The translations under genes were made by a program, and so were the position numbers. The notes beneath the pieces were generated by a model, which was not told the DNA's origin, ran no database searches, and saw only the letters and a program-made list of their open reading frames with translations. A DNA stretch of 64,000 nucleotides. Source: Squalus acanthias (taxonomy: Eukaryota). Where the stretch lies: positions 84,012,001 through 84,076,000 of the forward strand of contig CM059432.1 of the NCBI GenBank assembly GCA_030390025.1, read 5' to 3'. Position 1 is the first letter of the stretch; the number at the start of each line of letters is the position of its first letter. Below, one piece after another: positions 10,153 to 23,399 of the stretch.

Positions 10153-12930
10153 TCATGTCCAATTTCCTGCACGCTCCCCGTAACCCCTAATTCCCTTTAC
10201 TTCTAGGAAACTGTCTATTTCTGTTTTAAATTTATTTAATGATGTAGCTTCTACAGCTTCCTGGGGCAGCAAATTCCACAGACCTACTACCCTCTGAGTG
10301 AAGAAGTTTCTCCTCATCTCAGTTTTGAAAGAGCAGCCCCTTATTCTAAGATTATGCCCCCTAGTTCTAGTTTCACCCATCCTTGGGAACATCCTTACCG
10401 CATCCACCCGATCAAGCCCCTTCACAATCTTATATGTTTCAATAAGATCGCCTCTCATTCTTCTGAACTCCAATGAGTAGAGTCCCAATCTACTCAACCT
10501 CTCCTCATATATCCACCCCCTCGTCCCCGAGATTAACCGAGTGAACCTTCTTTATACTGCCTCGAGAGCAAGTATGTCTTTTCTTAAGTATGGACACCAA
10601 AACTGTACGCAGTATTCCAGGTGCGGTCTCACCAATACCTTATATAACTGCAGCAATACCTCCCTATTTTTATAATCTATCCCCCTAGCAATAAAAGCCA
10701 ACATTCCGTTGGCCTTCTTGATCACCTGCTGCACCTGCATACTAACTTTTTGATTTTCTTGCACTAGGACCCCCAGACCCCTTTGTACTGCAGTACTTTC
10801 CAGTTTCTCGCCATTAAGATAATAACTTGCTCTCTGATTTTTCCTGCCAAAGTGCATAACCTCACATTTTCCAATATTGTATTGCATCTGCCAAATCTCC
10901 GCCCACTCACCCAGCCTGTCTATATCCCCTTGAAGGTTTTTTATGTCCTCCTCACTTTCTACTTTCCCTCCCATCTTTGTATCATCTGCAAACTTTGATA
11001 TGTTACACTCAGTCCCCTCCTCCAAATCGTTAATATAGATTGTAAAGAGTTGGGGACCCAGCACCGACCCCTGCGGAACACCACTGGCTACTGGTTGCCA
11101 GTCCGAGAATGAACCATTTATCCCAACTCTCTGCTTCCTGTTAGATAACCAATCCTCCACCCATGCCAGAATATTACCCCCAATCCAGTGATTTTTTATC
11201 TTGAGCAATAATCTTTTATGTGGAACCTTGTCGAATGCCTTCTGGAAGTCTAAATACACTACGTCCACTGGTTCCCCTTTATCCACCCTGTACGTTATAT
11301 CCTCAAAGAACTCAAGCAAATTTGTCAGACATGACTTCCCCTTCATAAAGCCATGCTGACTTTGTCCTATTAAATTATGTTTATCTAAATGTTCCGTTAC
11401 TGTCTCCTTAATAATAGACTCCAAAATTTTACCCACCACAGATGTTAGACTAACTGGGCTATAATTTCCAGCCTTCTGCCTACTACCCTTTTTAAATAAG
11501 GGTGTTACATTAGCAGTTTTCCGATCTGCCGGGACCTTTGCTGAGTCCAGGGAATTTTGGAAAATTATTACCAAAGCATCCACAATCCCTACTGCCACTT
11601 CCCTCAAGACCCTAGGATGTAAGCCATCAGGTCCAGGGGATTTATCCGCCTTGAGTCCCATTATTTTACTGAGTACCAGTTCCTTAGTGATTTTAATCGT
11701 ATTTAGCTCCTCCCCCCCTAGAGCCCCCTGTTTGTCCAGTGTTGGGATATTCTTAGTGTCCTCTACGTAAAGACTGAAACAAAATATTTGTTCAGCATTT
11801 TTGCCATATCCATGTTTCCCACCATTAATTTCCCGGTCTCATCTTCTAAGGGACCTATGTTTGCCTTAGCCACCCTTTTTCTTTTTATATAACTATAGAA
11901 ACTCTTGCTATCTGTTTTTATATTTTTTGCTAATTTATTTTCATAATCTATCTTCCCTTTCTTAATCAATCCTTCAGTTACTTTTTGTTGTCTTTTGAAG
12001 ACTTCCCAATCTTCTATCCTCCACTAAGTTTGGCTACCTTACATGTCCTTGTTTTTAGTCGGATGCTATCCTTAATTTCTTTACTTAGCCACGGATGGCT
12101 GTCATTTCTTTTACACCCTTTTTTCCTCAGTGGAATATATATTTTTTGAAAGTTGTAAAATAACTCCTTAAATGAACACCACTGCTCATGTACCGTCTTA
12201 CCCTTTAATCTATTTTGCCAGTCCACTTTAATCAATTCCGCTCTCATACCATCATAGTCTCCTTTATTCAAGCTCAGTATGCTTGTTTGAGAACCAACCT
12301 TCTCACCCTCTAATTGGATATGGAATTCAACCATGTTATGGTCACTCATTCCAAGGGAATCCTTAATTAGGACATTATTAATTAATCCTGACTCATTACA
12401 CAGGACCAGGTCCAAGGTTGCTTGCCCCCTTGTAGGATCAGTTACATACTGCTCAAGAAATCCATCCCTAAGACACTCAATAAACTCTTCCTCAAGGCTG
12501 CCCTGCCCAATTTGATTTGTCCAGTTAATATGATAGTTAAAATCCCCCATAATTATAGCTGTTCCCTTATTACATGCCCCAACTATTTCCTGATTAATAC
12601 TTCTTCCAGCAGAGTTGCAACTATTAGGAGGCCTATATACTACTCCCACTAGTGTTTTTTTCCCCTTATTATTCCTTATCTCCACCCAAACTGTTTCATT
12701 ATCCTGATCCTTTGACCCAATATCATTTCTCTGTATTACAGTGATTCCTTCCTTTATTAACATAGCCACCCCACCTCCCCTTCCTTCCTGCCTGTCCTTC
12801 CTGATTGTTAAATACCCTGGCATATTTAATTCCCAGTAATGGCCACAAGATCATACCCATATGTAGTTATTTGTGCCGTTAACTCATCCATTTTGTTACG
12901 AATGCTACGTGCATTCAGATAAAGAACGTT
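10153..12930 (-). pseudogene. CR1 ORF2 (APE endonuclease plus reverse transcriptase), frameshifted
   Basis: ORF pieces 12014-12823 (VYRPPN, MGDFN, SDHN), 11763-11969, 10552-11661 (RT, FADD) and 10153-10497. Confidence 0.92.
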
Positions 12931-13061
12931 CAAATATGTTTTGTGACACTTAGTTCCTGCTTTTTCCTTTTTTAACACTTTACCTTTTACTCCATACCTT
13001 CTGTCCCTTCATGACATGCTTTCCTCTGTCTCTCTGCTCAGGTGCCCAACCCCCTGCCACT

Positions 13062-13496
13062 TTAGTTTAAACCCTCCCCAACAGCACTAGCAAACACTCC
13101 CCCTAGGACAGCGGTCCCGGCCCTGCCCAGGTGCAGACCGTCCGGTTTGTACTGGTCCCACCTCCCCCAGAACCGGATCCAATGTCCCAGGAATTTGAAT
13201 CCCTCCCCCTTGCACCATTCCTCTAGCCACGTATTCATTTGAAATATCCTCCTATTTCTACTCTGACTAGCACGTGGCACTGGTAGCAATCCTGTGATTA
13301 CTACCTTTGAGGTCCTATTTTTTAATTTACCTCCTAACTCCCTATATTCTGCTTTTAGGACCTCATCCCCTTTTTTACCTATATCGTTGGTGCCTATGTG
13401 CACCACGACAGCTGGCTGTTCGCCCTCCCCCTTCAAAATGTTCTGTTGCCGCTCCGAGATGTCCTTGACCCTTGCACCAGGGTGGCAACACACCAA
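13062..13496 (-). pseudogene. C-terminal half of CR1 ORF1 esterase
   Basis: VCCHPGARVKD...VVVHIGTND...DGLHLGRAGTAVLGGVFASAVGEGLN*, nearly identical to 9580-9959. Confidence 0.88.
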
Positions 13497-13814
13497 ATAC
13501 TCACTGGACCTCCGGTCTCGCCGCTCCCGACACCAGCTTATGAAAGAAAAGCCCGCAAAAGTGAGTTTAAATACTCACTGGGCCTCCAGTCTCGCCGCTC
13601 CCGACACCAGCCTGTCACCAGTTTGCTAGTGCTGTTGGGGAGGGTTTAAACTAAAATGGCAGGGGGTTGGGAACTTGTGCAGGGAAACAAGGATAGAAGC
13701 AAAAGATAGGAAGGAGAAAAGCAAAAGTGGAAGGCAGAGAAATCAAAGGTGTAAATCAAACAGGGCCACAGTTAAAATTAATTCTTAAAGGACTAAGAGT
13801 GTTAAAAAAACAAG

Positions 13815-16616
13815 CCTGATTGCTTTGTGTCTTAATGCGAAGAGCATTCATAATAAGGTGGATGAATTAGCTGCGCAAATAGATGTAAACGGATACGATA
13901 TAATTGGGATTACGGAGACATGGCTCCAGGGTGACCAAGGCTGGGAACTCAACATTCAGGGGTATTCAATATTCAGGAAGGAAGGCAAAAAGGGAAAGGA
14001 GGTGGAGTAGCGTTGCTGGTTAAAGAGGAGATTAACACAATAGTAAGGAAGGATATTAGCTCGGATGATGTGGAATCTGTATGGGTAGAGATGCGAAATA
14101 CCAAGGGGCAGAAAACATTAGTGGGAGTTGTATACAGATCCCCAAACAGTAGTGGTGAGGTTGGGGATGGCATTAAACAGGAAATTAGAGATGCGTGAAA
14201 TAAGGGCACAGCAGTTATCATGGGTGACTTTAATCTGCATATAGATTGAGCTAACTAAATTAGTAACAATACTGTGGAGGAGGAATTCCTAGAGTATATA
14301 CGGGATGGTTTCCTGGACCAATATGTCGAGGAACCAACTAGAGATCAGGCCATCTTAGACTGGGTATTATGTAATGAGAAAGGATTAATTAGCAATCTTG
14401 TTGTGCGAGGTCCCTTGGGGAAGAGTGATCATAATATGATAGAATTCTTCATTAAAATGGAGAGTGACGTAGTTGACTCAGAGACTAGGGTACTGAATTT
14501 AAATAAAGGAAACTACGATGGTATGAGGCGCAAGTTGGCTAGGATGGATTTTGGAACGTTACTTAAAGGGTTGACGGTGGATAGGCAATGGCAAACATTT
14601 AAAGGTCACATGAATGAATGGTAGAATTTGTTCATCCCTGTCTGGCATAAAAATAAAACAGGAAAGGTGGCTCAACCATGGCTAACCAGGGAAATTAGGG
14701 ATAGCATAAGATCCAAGGAGCAGACATATAAATTGGTCAGAAAAAGCAGCAATCCTGAGGATTGAGAGCAGTTTAGGATTCAGCAAAGGAGGACAAAGGG
14801 ATTAATTAAGAGGGGGAAAATAGAATATGAGAGTAAGCTTGCAGGGAACATAAAACTGACAGTAAAAGCTTCTATAGATATGTGAAGAGAAAAAGATTAG
14901 TGAAGTCAAGCGTAGGTCCCTTGCAGTCAGAATCTGGGGAATTTATAATGGGGAACAAAGAAACGGCAGACCAATTAAATACATACTTTGGTTCTGTCTT
15001 CACAAAGGAGGACACAAACAACCTCCCAGAGAGGTCGGGGAACATAGGGTCTAATGAGAGGGAGGAACTGAATGAAATCAGTATTTGTAGGGAAATGGTG
15101 TTCGGGAAATTGACGGGATTGAAGGCCGATAAATCCCCAGGGCCTGATAATCTACATCCCAGGCTATTTAAGGAAGTGGCCCTAGAAATAGTAGATGTAT
15201 TGCTGGTCATCTTCCAAAATTCTATAGACTCTGGAGCAGTTCCCATGGATTGGAAGGTAGCTAATATAACCCCACTATTTAAAAAAGGTGGTAGAGAGAA
15301 AACGGGGAATTATAGACCGGTTAGCCTGACATCGGTAGTGGGCAAAATGCTAGAGTCCATTATAAAAGATGTAATAGCAGAGCACTTGGAAAACAGTGAC
15401 AGGATCAGACAAAGTCAACATGGATTTACAAAAGGTAAATCATGCTTGACAAATCTACTGGAATTTTTTGAGGATGTATATGGTAGAATTGATAAGGGAG
15501 AACCAGTGGATGTGGTGTATTTGGACTTTCAGAAGGCTTTCGACAAGGTCCCGCATAAGAGATTAGCATGCAAAGTTAAAGCACATGGGATTGAGGGTAA
15601 GGAACTGACTTGGATAGAAAACTGGTTGGCAGACAGGAAGCAAAGAGTTGGAATAAATGGGTCTTTTTCCGAGTGGCAGGCAGTGACTAGTGGGGTACCG
15701 CAGGGATCGGTGCTAGGACCCCAGCTATTCATATATTAATGATTTAGACAAAGGAACTAGATGTAATATCTCTAAGTTTGCAGATGACACAAAGCTGGGT
15801 GGGCGAGTGTGCTGTGAGGAGGATGCAGAGAAACTCCAGTATAATTTGGACAGGTTGGGTGAGTGGGCAAATGCATGGTAGATGCAGTATAATGTGGATA
15901 AATGTGAGGTTATCCACTTTGGTGGCAAAAACAGGAAGGCAGATTATTATCTGAACGGCAATAGATTGGGAAAAGGGGAGGTGCAACGAGACCTGGGTGT
16001 CCTTGTGCACCAGTCGCTGAAGGTAAGTATGCAGGTGCAGCAGGCGGTTAAGAAAGCAAATGGTATGTTGGCCTTCATAGCGAGAGGATTCAAGTACAGG
16101 AGCAGGGATGTCTTGCTGCAGTTGTACAGGGCCTTGGTGAGACCACACCTTGAGTATTGTGTGCAGTTTTGGTCACCCTATCTGAGGAAGGATGTTCTTG
16201 CCATGGAGGGAGTGCAGCGAAGATTCACCAGACTGATACCTGGGATGGCAGTGATGACATATGAAGAGAGATTGGGTCGAATAGGCTTATACTCGCTAGA
16301 GTTTAGAAGAATGAGAGGGGATCTCATTGAAACTTATAAAATTCTAACAGGACTGGACAGACTAGATGCAGGAAGGATGTTCCCGATGGCTGGTGAGTCC
16401 AGAACCAGGGGTCACAGTCTAAGGATAAGGGGTAAGCCATTTAGGACTGAAATGAGGAGGAATTTCTTCACCCAGAGAGTGGTGAACCTGTGGAATTCTC
16501 TACCACAGAAGGCAGTTGAGTCCAAATCATTAAATATATTCAGGAAGGAGTTAGATATAGTTCTTAAGGCTAAAGGGATCAAGGGATATCGGGAGAAAGC
16601 AGGGACAGGGTACTGA
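13815..16616 (+). pseudogene. CR1 ORF2 of the outer element, multiple stops and frameshifts
   Basis: Fragments 13825-14010, 14013-14198, 14274-14624, 14882-15739 and 15882-16616 with endonuclease and RT motifs. Confidence 0.92.
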
Positions 16617-16744
16617 ATTTGGATGATCAGCCATGATCTCATTGAATGGCGGAGCAGGCTTGAAGGGCCGAATGGCCTACTCCTGCTCCTATTTTCTATG
16701 TTTCTATGTTTCTATGATATCACACTCTCCTCATTTGGGATATA

Positions 16745-17310
16745 TACTCACCTGCTGGCTCCCCGAAGCCCCTCCACCTCTTACAATGCATAAGTCAGGT
16801 GTGTGATGGAATACTCTCCACTTGCCTGGATGGGTGCAGCTGCAACTACACTCCAGAAGCTCAACACTAATCAGGACAAAGCAGTCCACTTGGTCACTAC
16901 CCCATCCACTAGCTTAAATATCCACTTCCTTCACCATCAGCGTACTGTGTCTGCAATGTGTACTATCTACAGGGATGCACTGCAGCAAGTCGCAAAGGCT
17001 TCTTTGGCAGTCCCTCCCAAACCCACAATTTCCACCACCTAGAAGGAAAAGGGCAGCAGGTGCATGGGAATACCATCACCTCCAAGTCCTCCAAGATATA
17101 CACTTTCCTGACTTGGACATATGTCGCCGTTCCTTTATTGTCGCTGGGTCAAAATCCTGAAACTCCCTCCCTAACAGCATGTGGGAGTACCTTCACTGCG
17201 GGCTTCAGCGGTTCACGAAAAAGGCCCATCACCACCTTCTGCAATTAGGGATGGGCAATAAATGTCAGCCTTGCCAGCGACGCCCACATCCCAAGAATGA
17301 ATACAAAAAT
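16745..17310 (+). mobile_element. 3' fragment of a second CR1-like LINE family (family B)
   Basis: MEYSPLAWMGAAATTLQKL... and tail gggcaataaatgtcagccttgccagcgacgcccacatcccaagaatgaat. Confidence 0.8.
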
Positions 17311-17789
17311 AAATAAATAAATAAATATATAGAATGGCCTTCTGATATTTGAAAAGATTGGGTTTGTTTGTTGCCAATTAACCAAACAAACAAATGAATC
17401 AAATCTTTTCCAAAAACTGTGCACACCATTCTATCATTATTTGGAGAAACAAGTTTGTCAAAGGATGAAGTAAGAAAGTAGGAAAGTAAAGCAGGAAATT
17501 ACAAAACAGCAGATTTATAATGAATTAAGCAGGTGGGAAGAGGGCAACATAATTTTAGTCATTATCCTGGGGGTAAAATATCCATAAGCTAAACAGCAGG
17601 ACCCTAATATAGACGCCTAATCAAATCAAAATTGCTAATATCAAATTTTATTGGCTAATCTTTTGAAAATCAACATCAGAAGCAAATACTTAACATAAGC
17701 AAAATAAAAGTCACAATTACTTGTTTTTCTGCAGGGTGTATTATTTACGACAATTTAAATGCTTTTATTTCTCAATGCTGTTCTGAGTT

Positions 17790-20046
17790 CTGTCCAGTTT
17801 CTCCCGTTTTTTGGGTGCTACGGGTGCCAAATTGGGACCAAACTGGCCTCCGAGCAACGTACACACACTTCTAGTGTGAGCCGTGCTGGACTCCACCTTG
17901 GTGAGGGCGGTAGGGCAGCCATTAGGAGCGTGTGCTAGAAGTATGGTAAGTAGGCAGATCGTAACATCAAACAGCATGCAATGCTGATTTGACGTCAGCA
18001 CTGACATTTTCGTCATCATCGCTGGAGCTAATGCCCTGTGTTAATCTTGCACAGTTGAACATGCATTCAGCAGCATCCCCCACCAGCGATATTTAAAGGG
18101 ATCATCACCAACTTTCAGGTAACTTGCTTTTTGATTTCTATTGGCTCTGTGTAAGTTTGATGAACAGTTTGGAGCTTTCTAGAGTTGTTTAAAGTTGGTG
18201 AGGTGAGAGGGAGTGGTGCTACAAGTGGAGAAGGACTTGCTACTGACTTCAAGGGTTCTGGTCAGACCACTTGCTCACAGTCATTGATGCTCTAGTTGTC
18301 ATCTACCTTGGCCTGCAGCATAACAGAGAGATGGAGCAGAGGCAGCAAAAAAGAAGACAAGCTGCTCACAGAGGGATAAAAAGGAGGGGGAGAAGGGCAC
18401 TCAGCAGGAGACCTTACCCACTTAGTGTCTTCCGAGAGCAAGTCTCTTACCTCACTCTGAGCCAGGACTAGTGTGTGAGGCATCTGCGCTTTACTAAGGA
18501 GGTGCTCACAGAACTCTGCCAGCTCTTGCAACCAGATCGGCAACCTCACTCCAGGGCAAGGACAGCGCTGCCAGTGGCTGTGAATGTAACCATGGCCCTG
18601 AATTTCTTCGTGTCAGGATCCTTCCAGGCGACATCTGAAACATCTCACAGTTTGCCATCCACTGCTGCATAAGAGAGGTGACAGACACTCTTTATGCTAG
18701 GAGAGGGGACTTCATTGTCTTCTCTCTGACAAGAGAGAAGCAGACGGAGTGTGTGCATGGCTTTTGCAGGATAGCGGACTTCCCCATGGTGCAGGGCTCC
18801 ATCAACTACACGCAGGAGGCTTTGCCGTATATAAATGCTGAGATGTACCGCAACCGCAAAGGTTGCCACTTGCTGAATGTGCAGTTGGTGTGCGACCATG
18901 CTCAGCACATCATGTTGGTGAATGCCCAGTATCCTGGCAGCAGTCATGATGTTTTTATTCTGCACCAGTCCGCTGTTCCTTCAGTCTTTGAGCCACCAAG
19001 ATAAACGAGAGGGTGGCTACTGGGCGACAAGGGCTATCCCTTGACCACCTGGCTCATGACACCACTCCGCAACCCAACCACACGAGGTCAGAATGCATAC
19101 AACGAGAATCATGCTGCCACACAAAACATCATACAGCAGATCATTGACATCCTTAAACAAGGCTTCCGCTCACTGGAGTGCTCTGGAGGAGCCCTACATT
19201 ACTCACGCATGGGTCCCGATTCGTCGAGAAAGGGAAGTGTGTCAATGAGTGTGGTGTAATGTGTTCAGCTGGTGTGCCTGTCATGGTTGAATAACTGACA
19301 GTGTGTTCAAGCTGTGAGATATGGGTGTGAGGCTTGCAGCAGTGGTAAGTGTGAGGTGAAGCTATGAATATGAGGTGTGAGTCGTGTTTGGTAGAGATTG
19401 TTGGTAGGTGAGCGGTGAGGGGGTGGTGCATTGAGCAGTGTGTGAGGCTAGTGGTGCAGATGGTGGAATATGCCATTTGAAGATGAATTCACTGACCTTG
19501 ACCACTCAAGTGAGGTAATTAAACTTCTTCCTGCACTGAGTCCAGCTATACTGCTGGCATTGACCATATTGGCTCTCTGCTCTCACTGCAGTCTTGTCTG
19601 TTGCCTGGAGGGCCTTCTGGCCCCTGTGGGAAGATGACCTCTCTCCTGGAGTTGACCTCCTAGACCAAGGCCTCCAGTGCTGCAGCCGAGAACCATGGAG
19701 CCCTTTCTCTAGCCTGTTGAGCCATTACTCAGTCTTCTTGTTTCTAACACTTGCATTCCCAAGCAGTTCCAACACCTGTTGCAAGCAAAAGGCACCTCCG
19801 CTTTAAGAAGTTCAGACTGCCTTTAAGGAGTGGAAGCTAGCTTTAATTGGTGCTAGCCTCGCACGAATTTGGGCCTCCTGCTGAGCGTTCAGCCACTCAG
19901 CAGTGCATTCAGCTCTCGGCTACAATCATATAAAGTAGAAGGCAGCACGAATTTTACATGCTGTCGGTAGTCCTCCGAACGGGCACGGATTGCTATCGCA
20001 TCGCAATCCCTGTGCCCACTTTAGGGGAAAACCGAATTTCTAGGCC
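17790..20046 (+). mobile_element. Deleted PIF/Harbinger element: DDE transposase remnant (+, ~18270-19200) and Myb-like exon remnant (-, ~19495-19730)
   Basis: FPMVQGSINYT, NRKGCHLLNVQLVCD, YPGSSHDVFIL and LLGDKGYP are Harbinger/HARBI1-type motifs. The reverse strand reads WTQCRKKFN. Both ends resemble the 40130-46130 element. Confidence 0.85.
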
Positions 20047-20159
20047 AAAGTTATAATCTTCTTGTTTATTTTTAGCTAAATTTAACTATACAAGTTTACT
20101 GATATTATTCACTGCTTTGATTTATTAACTGTACTAATTTCCTCTTTAGTAACTTATAT

Positions 20160-21545
20160 TTTTCTTTATTCATTCCTGGGACGTGGGTGTCGCTGGCAAG
20201 GCCAGCATTTATTGCCCATCCATAACTGCCCTTGAGAAGGTGGTGGTGAGCCGCCTTCTTGAACCGCTGCAGTCCGTGAGGTGAAGTTACTCCCACAGTG
20301 TTGTTCAGGAGGGAGTTCCAGGAGTTTGACCCAGCGACGATGAAGGAACGGCGATATATTTCCAAGTCAGGAAGGTATGTGACTTGGAGGGGAACTTGCA
20401 GGTGGTGGTGTTCCCATGCGCCTGCTGCCCTTGTCCTACTAGATGGTAAATGTTGTGGGTTTGGGAGGTGCTGTCAAAGAAACCTTGGCGAGTTGCTGCA
20501 GTGCATCTTGTAGATGGTGCACACTGCAGACACGGTACGCCGGTGGTGGAGGGAGCGAATGTTTAAGGTGGTGGATGGGGTGCCAGTCAAGCGGGCTGCT
20601 TTGTCCTCGATGGTGTCGTGCTTCTTGAGTGTTGTTGGAGCTCACTCATCCAGGCAAGTGGAGAGTATTCCATCACACTCCTGACTTGTGCCTTATAGAT
20701 GGTGGAAAGGCTTTGGGGAGTCAGGAGGTGAGTCACAGTATTTAAGTGGCTGGTCCAGTTAAGTTTCTGGCCAATTGTGACCCCCAGGATGTTGATGGTG
20801 GGGGATTCTGCTGTGGTAATACCGTTGAATGTCAAGAGGATGTGGTTAGATTCTCTCTTCTTATTGATGGTCATTGCCTGGCACTTGTGTGGCGCGAATG
20901 TTACCTGCCACTTATCAGCCCAAGCCTGAATGTTGTCCAGGTCTTGCTGCATGCGGGCATGGACTACTTCATTATTTGAAGAGTTGCGAATGGAACTGAA
21001 CACTATGCAATCATCAGCAAACATCCCAACTTCTCACCTTACGATAGAGGGAAGGTCATTGATGAAGCAACTGAAGATGGTTTGGCCCAGGACACTGCCC
21101 TGAGGAACTCCTGCAGCGATGTCCTGGGGCTGAGATGATTGGCCTCCAACAACCGCAACCATCTTCCTTTGTGCTAGGTATGTAATCAGCCAGTGGAGAG
21201 TTTCCCCCCCGATTCCCATTGACTTCAGTTTTACTAGGACTCCTTGATGCCAGACTCAGTCAAATGCTGCCTTGATGTCAAAGGTAGTCACTGTCACCTC
21301 ACCTCTAGAATTCATCTCTTTTGTCCATGTTTGGAGCAAGACTGTAATGAGGTCTGGAGCTGAGTGGTCCTGGCGAAACCCAAACTGAGCATCAATGAGC
21401 AGATTATTGTTGAGTAAGTGCTGCTTAATAGCACTGTCAACAACACGTTTCATCACTTTGTTAATGATTGAGGATAGGCTGATGGGGCGGAAATTGTCCA
21501 GATTGGATTTTTCCTGCCTTTTGTGGACAGGACATACCTGGGCAG
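20160..21545 (-). mobile_element. Family-B CR1-like LINE, 5'-truncated (RT to tail)
   Basis: [35 protein letters not shown] and WADKWQVTFAPHKC; tail at 20170-20215. Confidence 0.88.
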
Positions 21546-22639
21546 TTGATCTCTAAAGATCTCTAAAATTCAAATAAATACCTATGTCTATTTGATTGTT
21601 CTATAAAATCACTTGTATTTTTAGTTACGTGTTTTTTTATCTGTTTATTTCAAGAAAATGCTCAGGAAATATATGACTGCAAGCAATTGGAAAGGCCTAT
21701 CATCCATTAATACAGAGTGTGCACAGAAAATACTGTAACGTAAAGCATTAAACATTAAATTACCCGTGTGTGTGGTAAAGCCTAGGATCTATAATACTTT
21801 TCATCCACTCTAGTTAGCAGCATACTCCATTACTCATGCAGGTTGGAGTACTGCATAGTTACATAAGGTATTGTTCCATCTTTACAACCAGAATGGAGCT
21901 TACCAAAAATATAAAACTGTAAAAAAATATGTTTTCTCAGATAAAAAAGGACATTTTTATAGATAGAACATAACATCATGGCCTTTCTGGTGCATGTAAT
22001 GTTGAATGTTGCCACATTTTACAACGTCTAAAACCTGATGGGTGCAGGATAAGGGCTGGGTAGGGGGATTGAGATTATAAATTATAAGTTGAGTTCTAAG
22101 GGTAAATTTTAAGAGGTAATGTCAACAACAGAGAGCGTTGCTAATGTCAGAGCAGATTGGAAAATTGGGCCCCTTCTGCACCCAAACCTGCCTGAGGTAT
22201 TTTTGTGGCCAGAGTGAGGCCACACTGCAGGTATGCACAAGTCTCATTCAATGAAATATTTATGTAAGTCAGATCCTGTATAGAATTTCATGACTTTGGG
22301 TAAGGGCCTATCCTCAGCACCACCATGCCCATATAAAATGGCTCCATAATAGCTAAACTAACTTGGCCTTCTTTGGAGCAATTCTTAGTGAATGTTGAAG
22401 TCTAGTTTATTTTTTGGCTTCAACATTCACTCAATCACCAAAGAAGCAGTTAAATAAAGGTCAATTAAAGGCTGAATGTGGAGGGCAAAAAGTCTTCGAT
22501 TCTCACAAGTTCTTGGATAGCAAAAAGAAATGACTGGTAAAAGAATCTGGATGGTAAAAAAGTGTGGAGGGAGGAAAAGGAGTCTTTGGGCATTCTTTCA
22601 GGCACTCGACACAAACCTCCATTTGATTACTGGAGAAGT

Positions 22640-22920
22640 GAAAGTCCTGCTGGATGAGTAGGCACGAGGTCAGTTGCTTTGCCTAACAATCCAAGATAGT
22701 GCAGGATGCCTGGCATAAGGTGTTGTTCGGGATAAGCACTGTACACTCTTAAACCAACATCATTAAACCCAATGTGCAGTAGTAGTGAAAAGGGCAAGCA
22801 GGATGTATAGTGTGGGGCATATGTCCTAGGAAGTGATAGTTTGTACACACCAATCCAACACCATCTTGAGTATTGTGTACAGTTCGGGGCACTGTACCAC
22901 AGGGGGAAATGCTGTCCTTG
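22640..22920 (+). mobile_element. Highly decayed CR1 RT fragment
   Basis: catcttgagtattgtgtacagttc (HLEYCVQF) and a neighbouring degenerate match. Confidence 0.4.
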
Positions 22921-22949
22921 AAATACAAAACTGTACAACTAAGCTGATA

Positions 22950-23375
22950 AATGGCTCAGTGGTAGTATTTTTACTTCTGAGTCAAAAGGTTATGAGTTCA
23001 AGTCCCACTGCAGGAAGTGAGTATGTAATCTAGACTGACACTTCAGTGCAGCAATAAGAGAGTGTTGCATTCCCACAAGTGCCAGCTTTCGGATGAGACA
23101 TCAAATGGAGACCCCATCTGCCTCTTTCGGTGGATGTAATAGATGCTATGGCGCTGAAGAACAGCAGGGAATTCTCCTGGCGTCCTCGCCAATTCATCTC
23201 TCAACCAAAGCAGATTAACTGATCATTTATCTCATTTGCTGTTTGTGGAACAATGCTCTGTGCAAATTGGCTGCAGCATTTGCCTATAATCAATAGTGGC
23301 TACACTTTGAAAGTAATCTATTGGCTATGAAGTGCATTGAACATCCTGATAATGTGATGGGTGCTAGGAAATAAC
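22950..23375 (+). mobile_element. tRNA-derived SINE with Deu-type central domain and L2-type tail (SacSINE1/AmnSINE-like)
   Basis: A box tggctcagtgg and B box gagttcaagtcc. Central ctttcggatgagac..ccccatctgcc..ggtggatgtaa..gctgtttgtgg..caaattggctgc is characteristic of the Deu domain (recognised from memory). Confidence 0.7.
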
Positions 23376-23399
23376 ACTTGCAGTCAGAGTAATGGTGAG

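Larger units (their letters stand above)
9958..13620 (-). mobile_element. CR1-clade LINE inserted antisense into ORF1 of a relative
   Basis: (TTCTTATG)n tail at 9958. ORF2 fragments 10153-12823, ORF1 esterase half 13062-13496, two UTR-like monomers 13497-13615. Confidence 0.93.
8162..16715 (+). mobile_element. Near full-length CR1-clade (HER1-type) LINE: 5'UTR array, ORF1, ORF2 and tail, interrupted by an antisense relative at 9958-13620
   Basis: ORF1 resumes exactly after the insert (FASAVGEGLN*). ORF2 shows APE endonuclease (IGITETW, SDHN) and RT ([27 protein letters not shown]) motifs. Tail (TTTCTATG)n at 16694-16715. Confidence 0.93.

Noticed and set aside
18270..19200. Domesticated HARBI1 gene
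   Set aside because: Stops and frameshifts, several similar copies in the window, and a transposon-end context.
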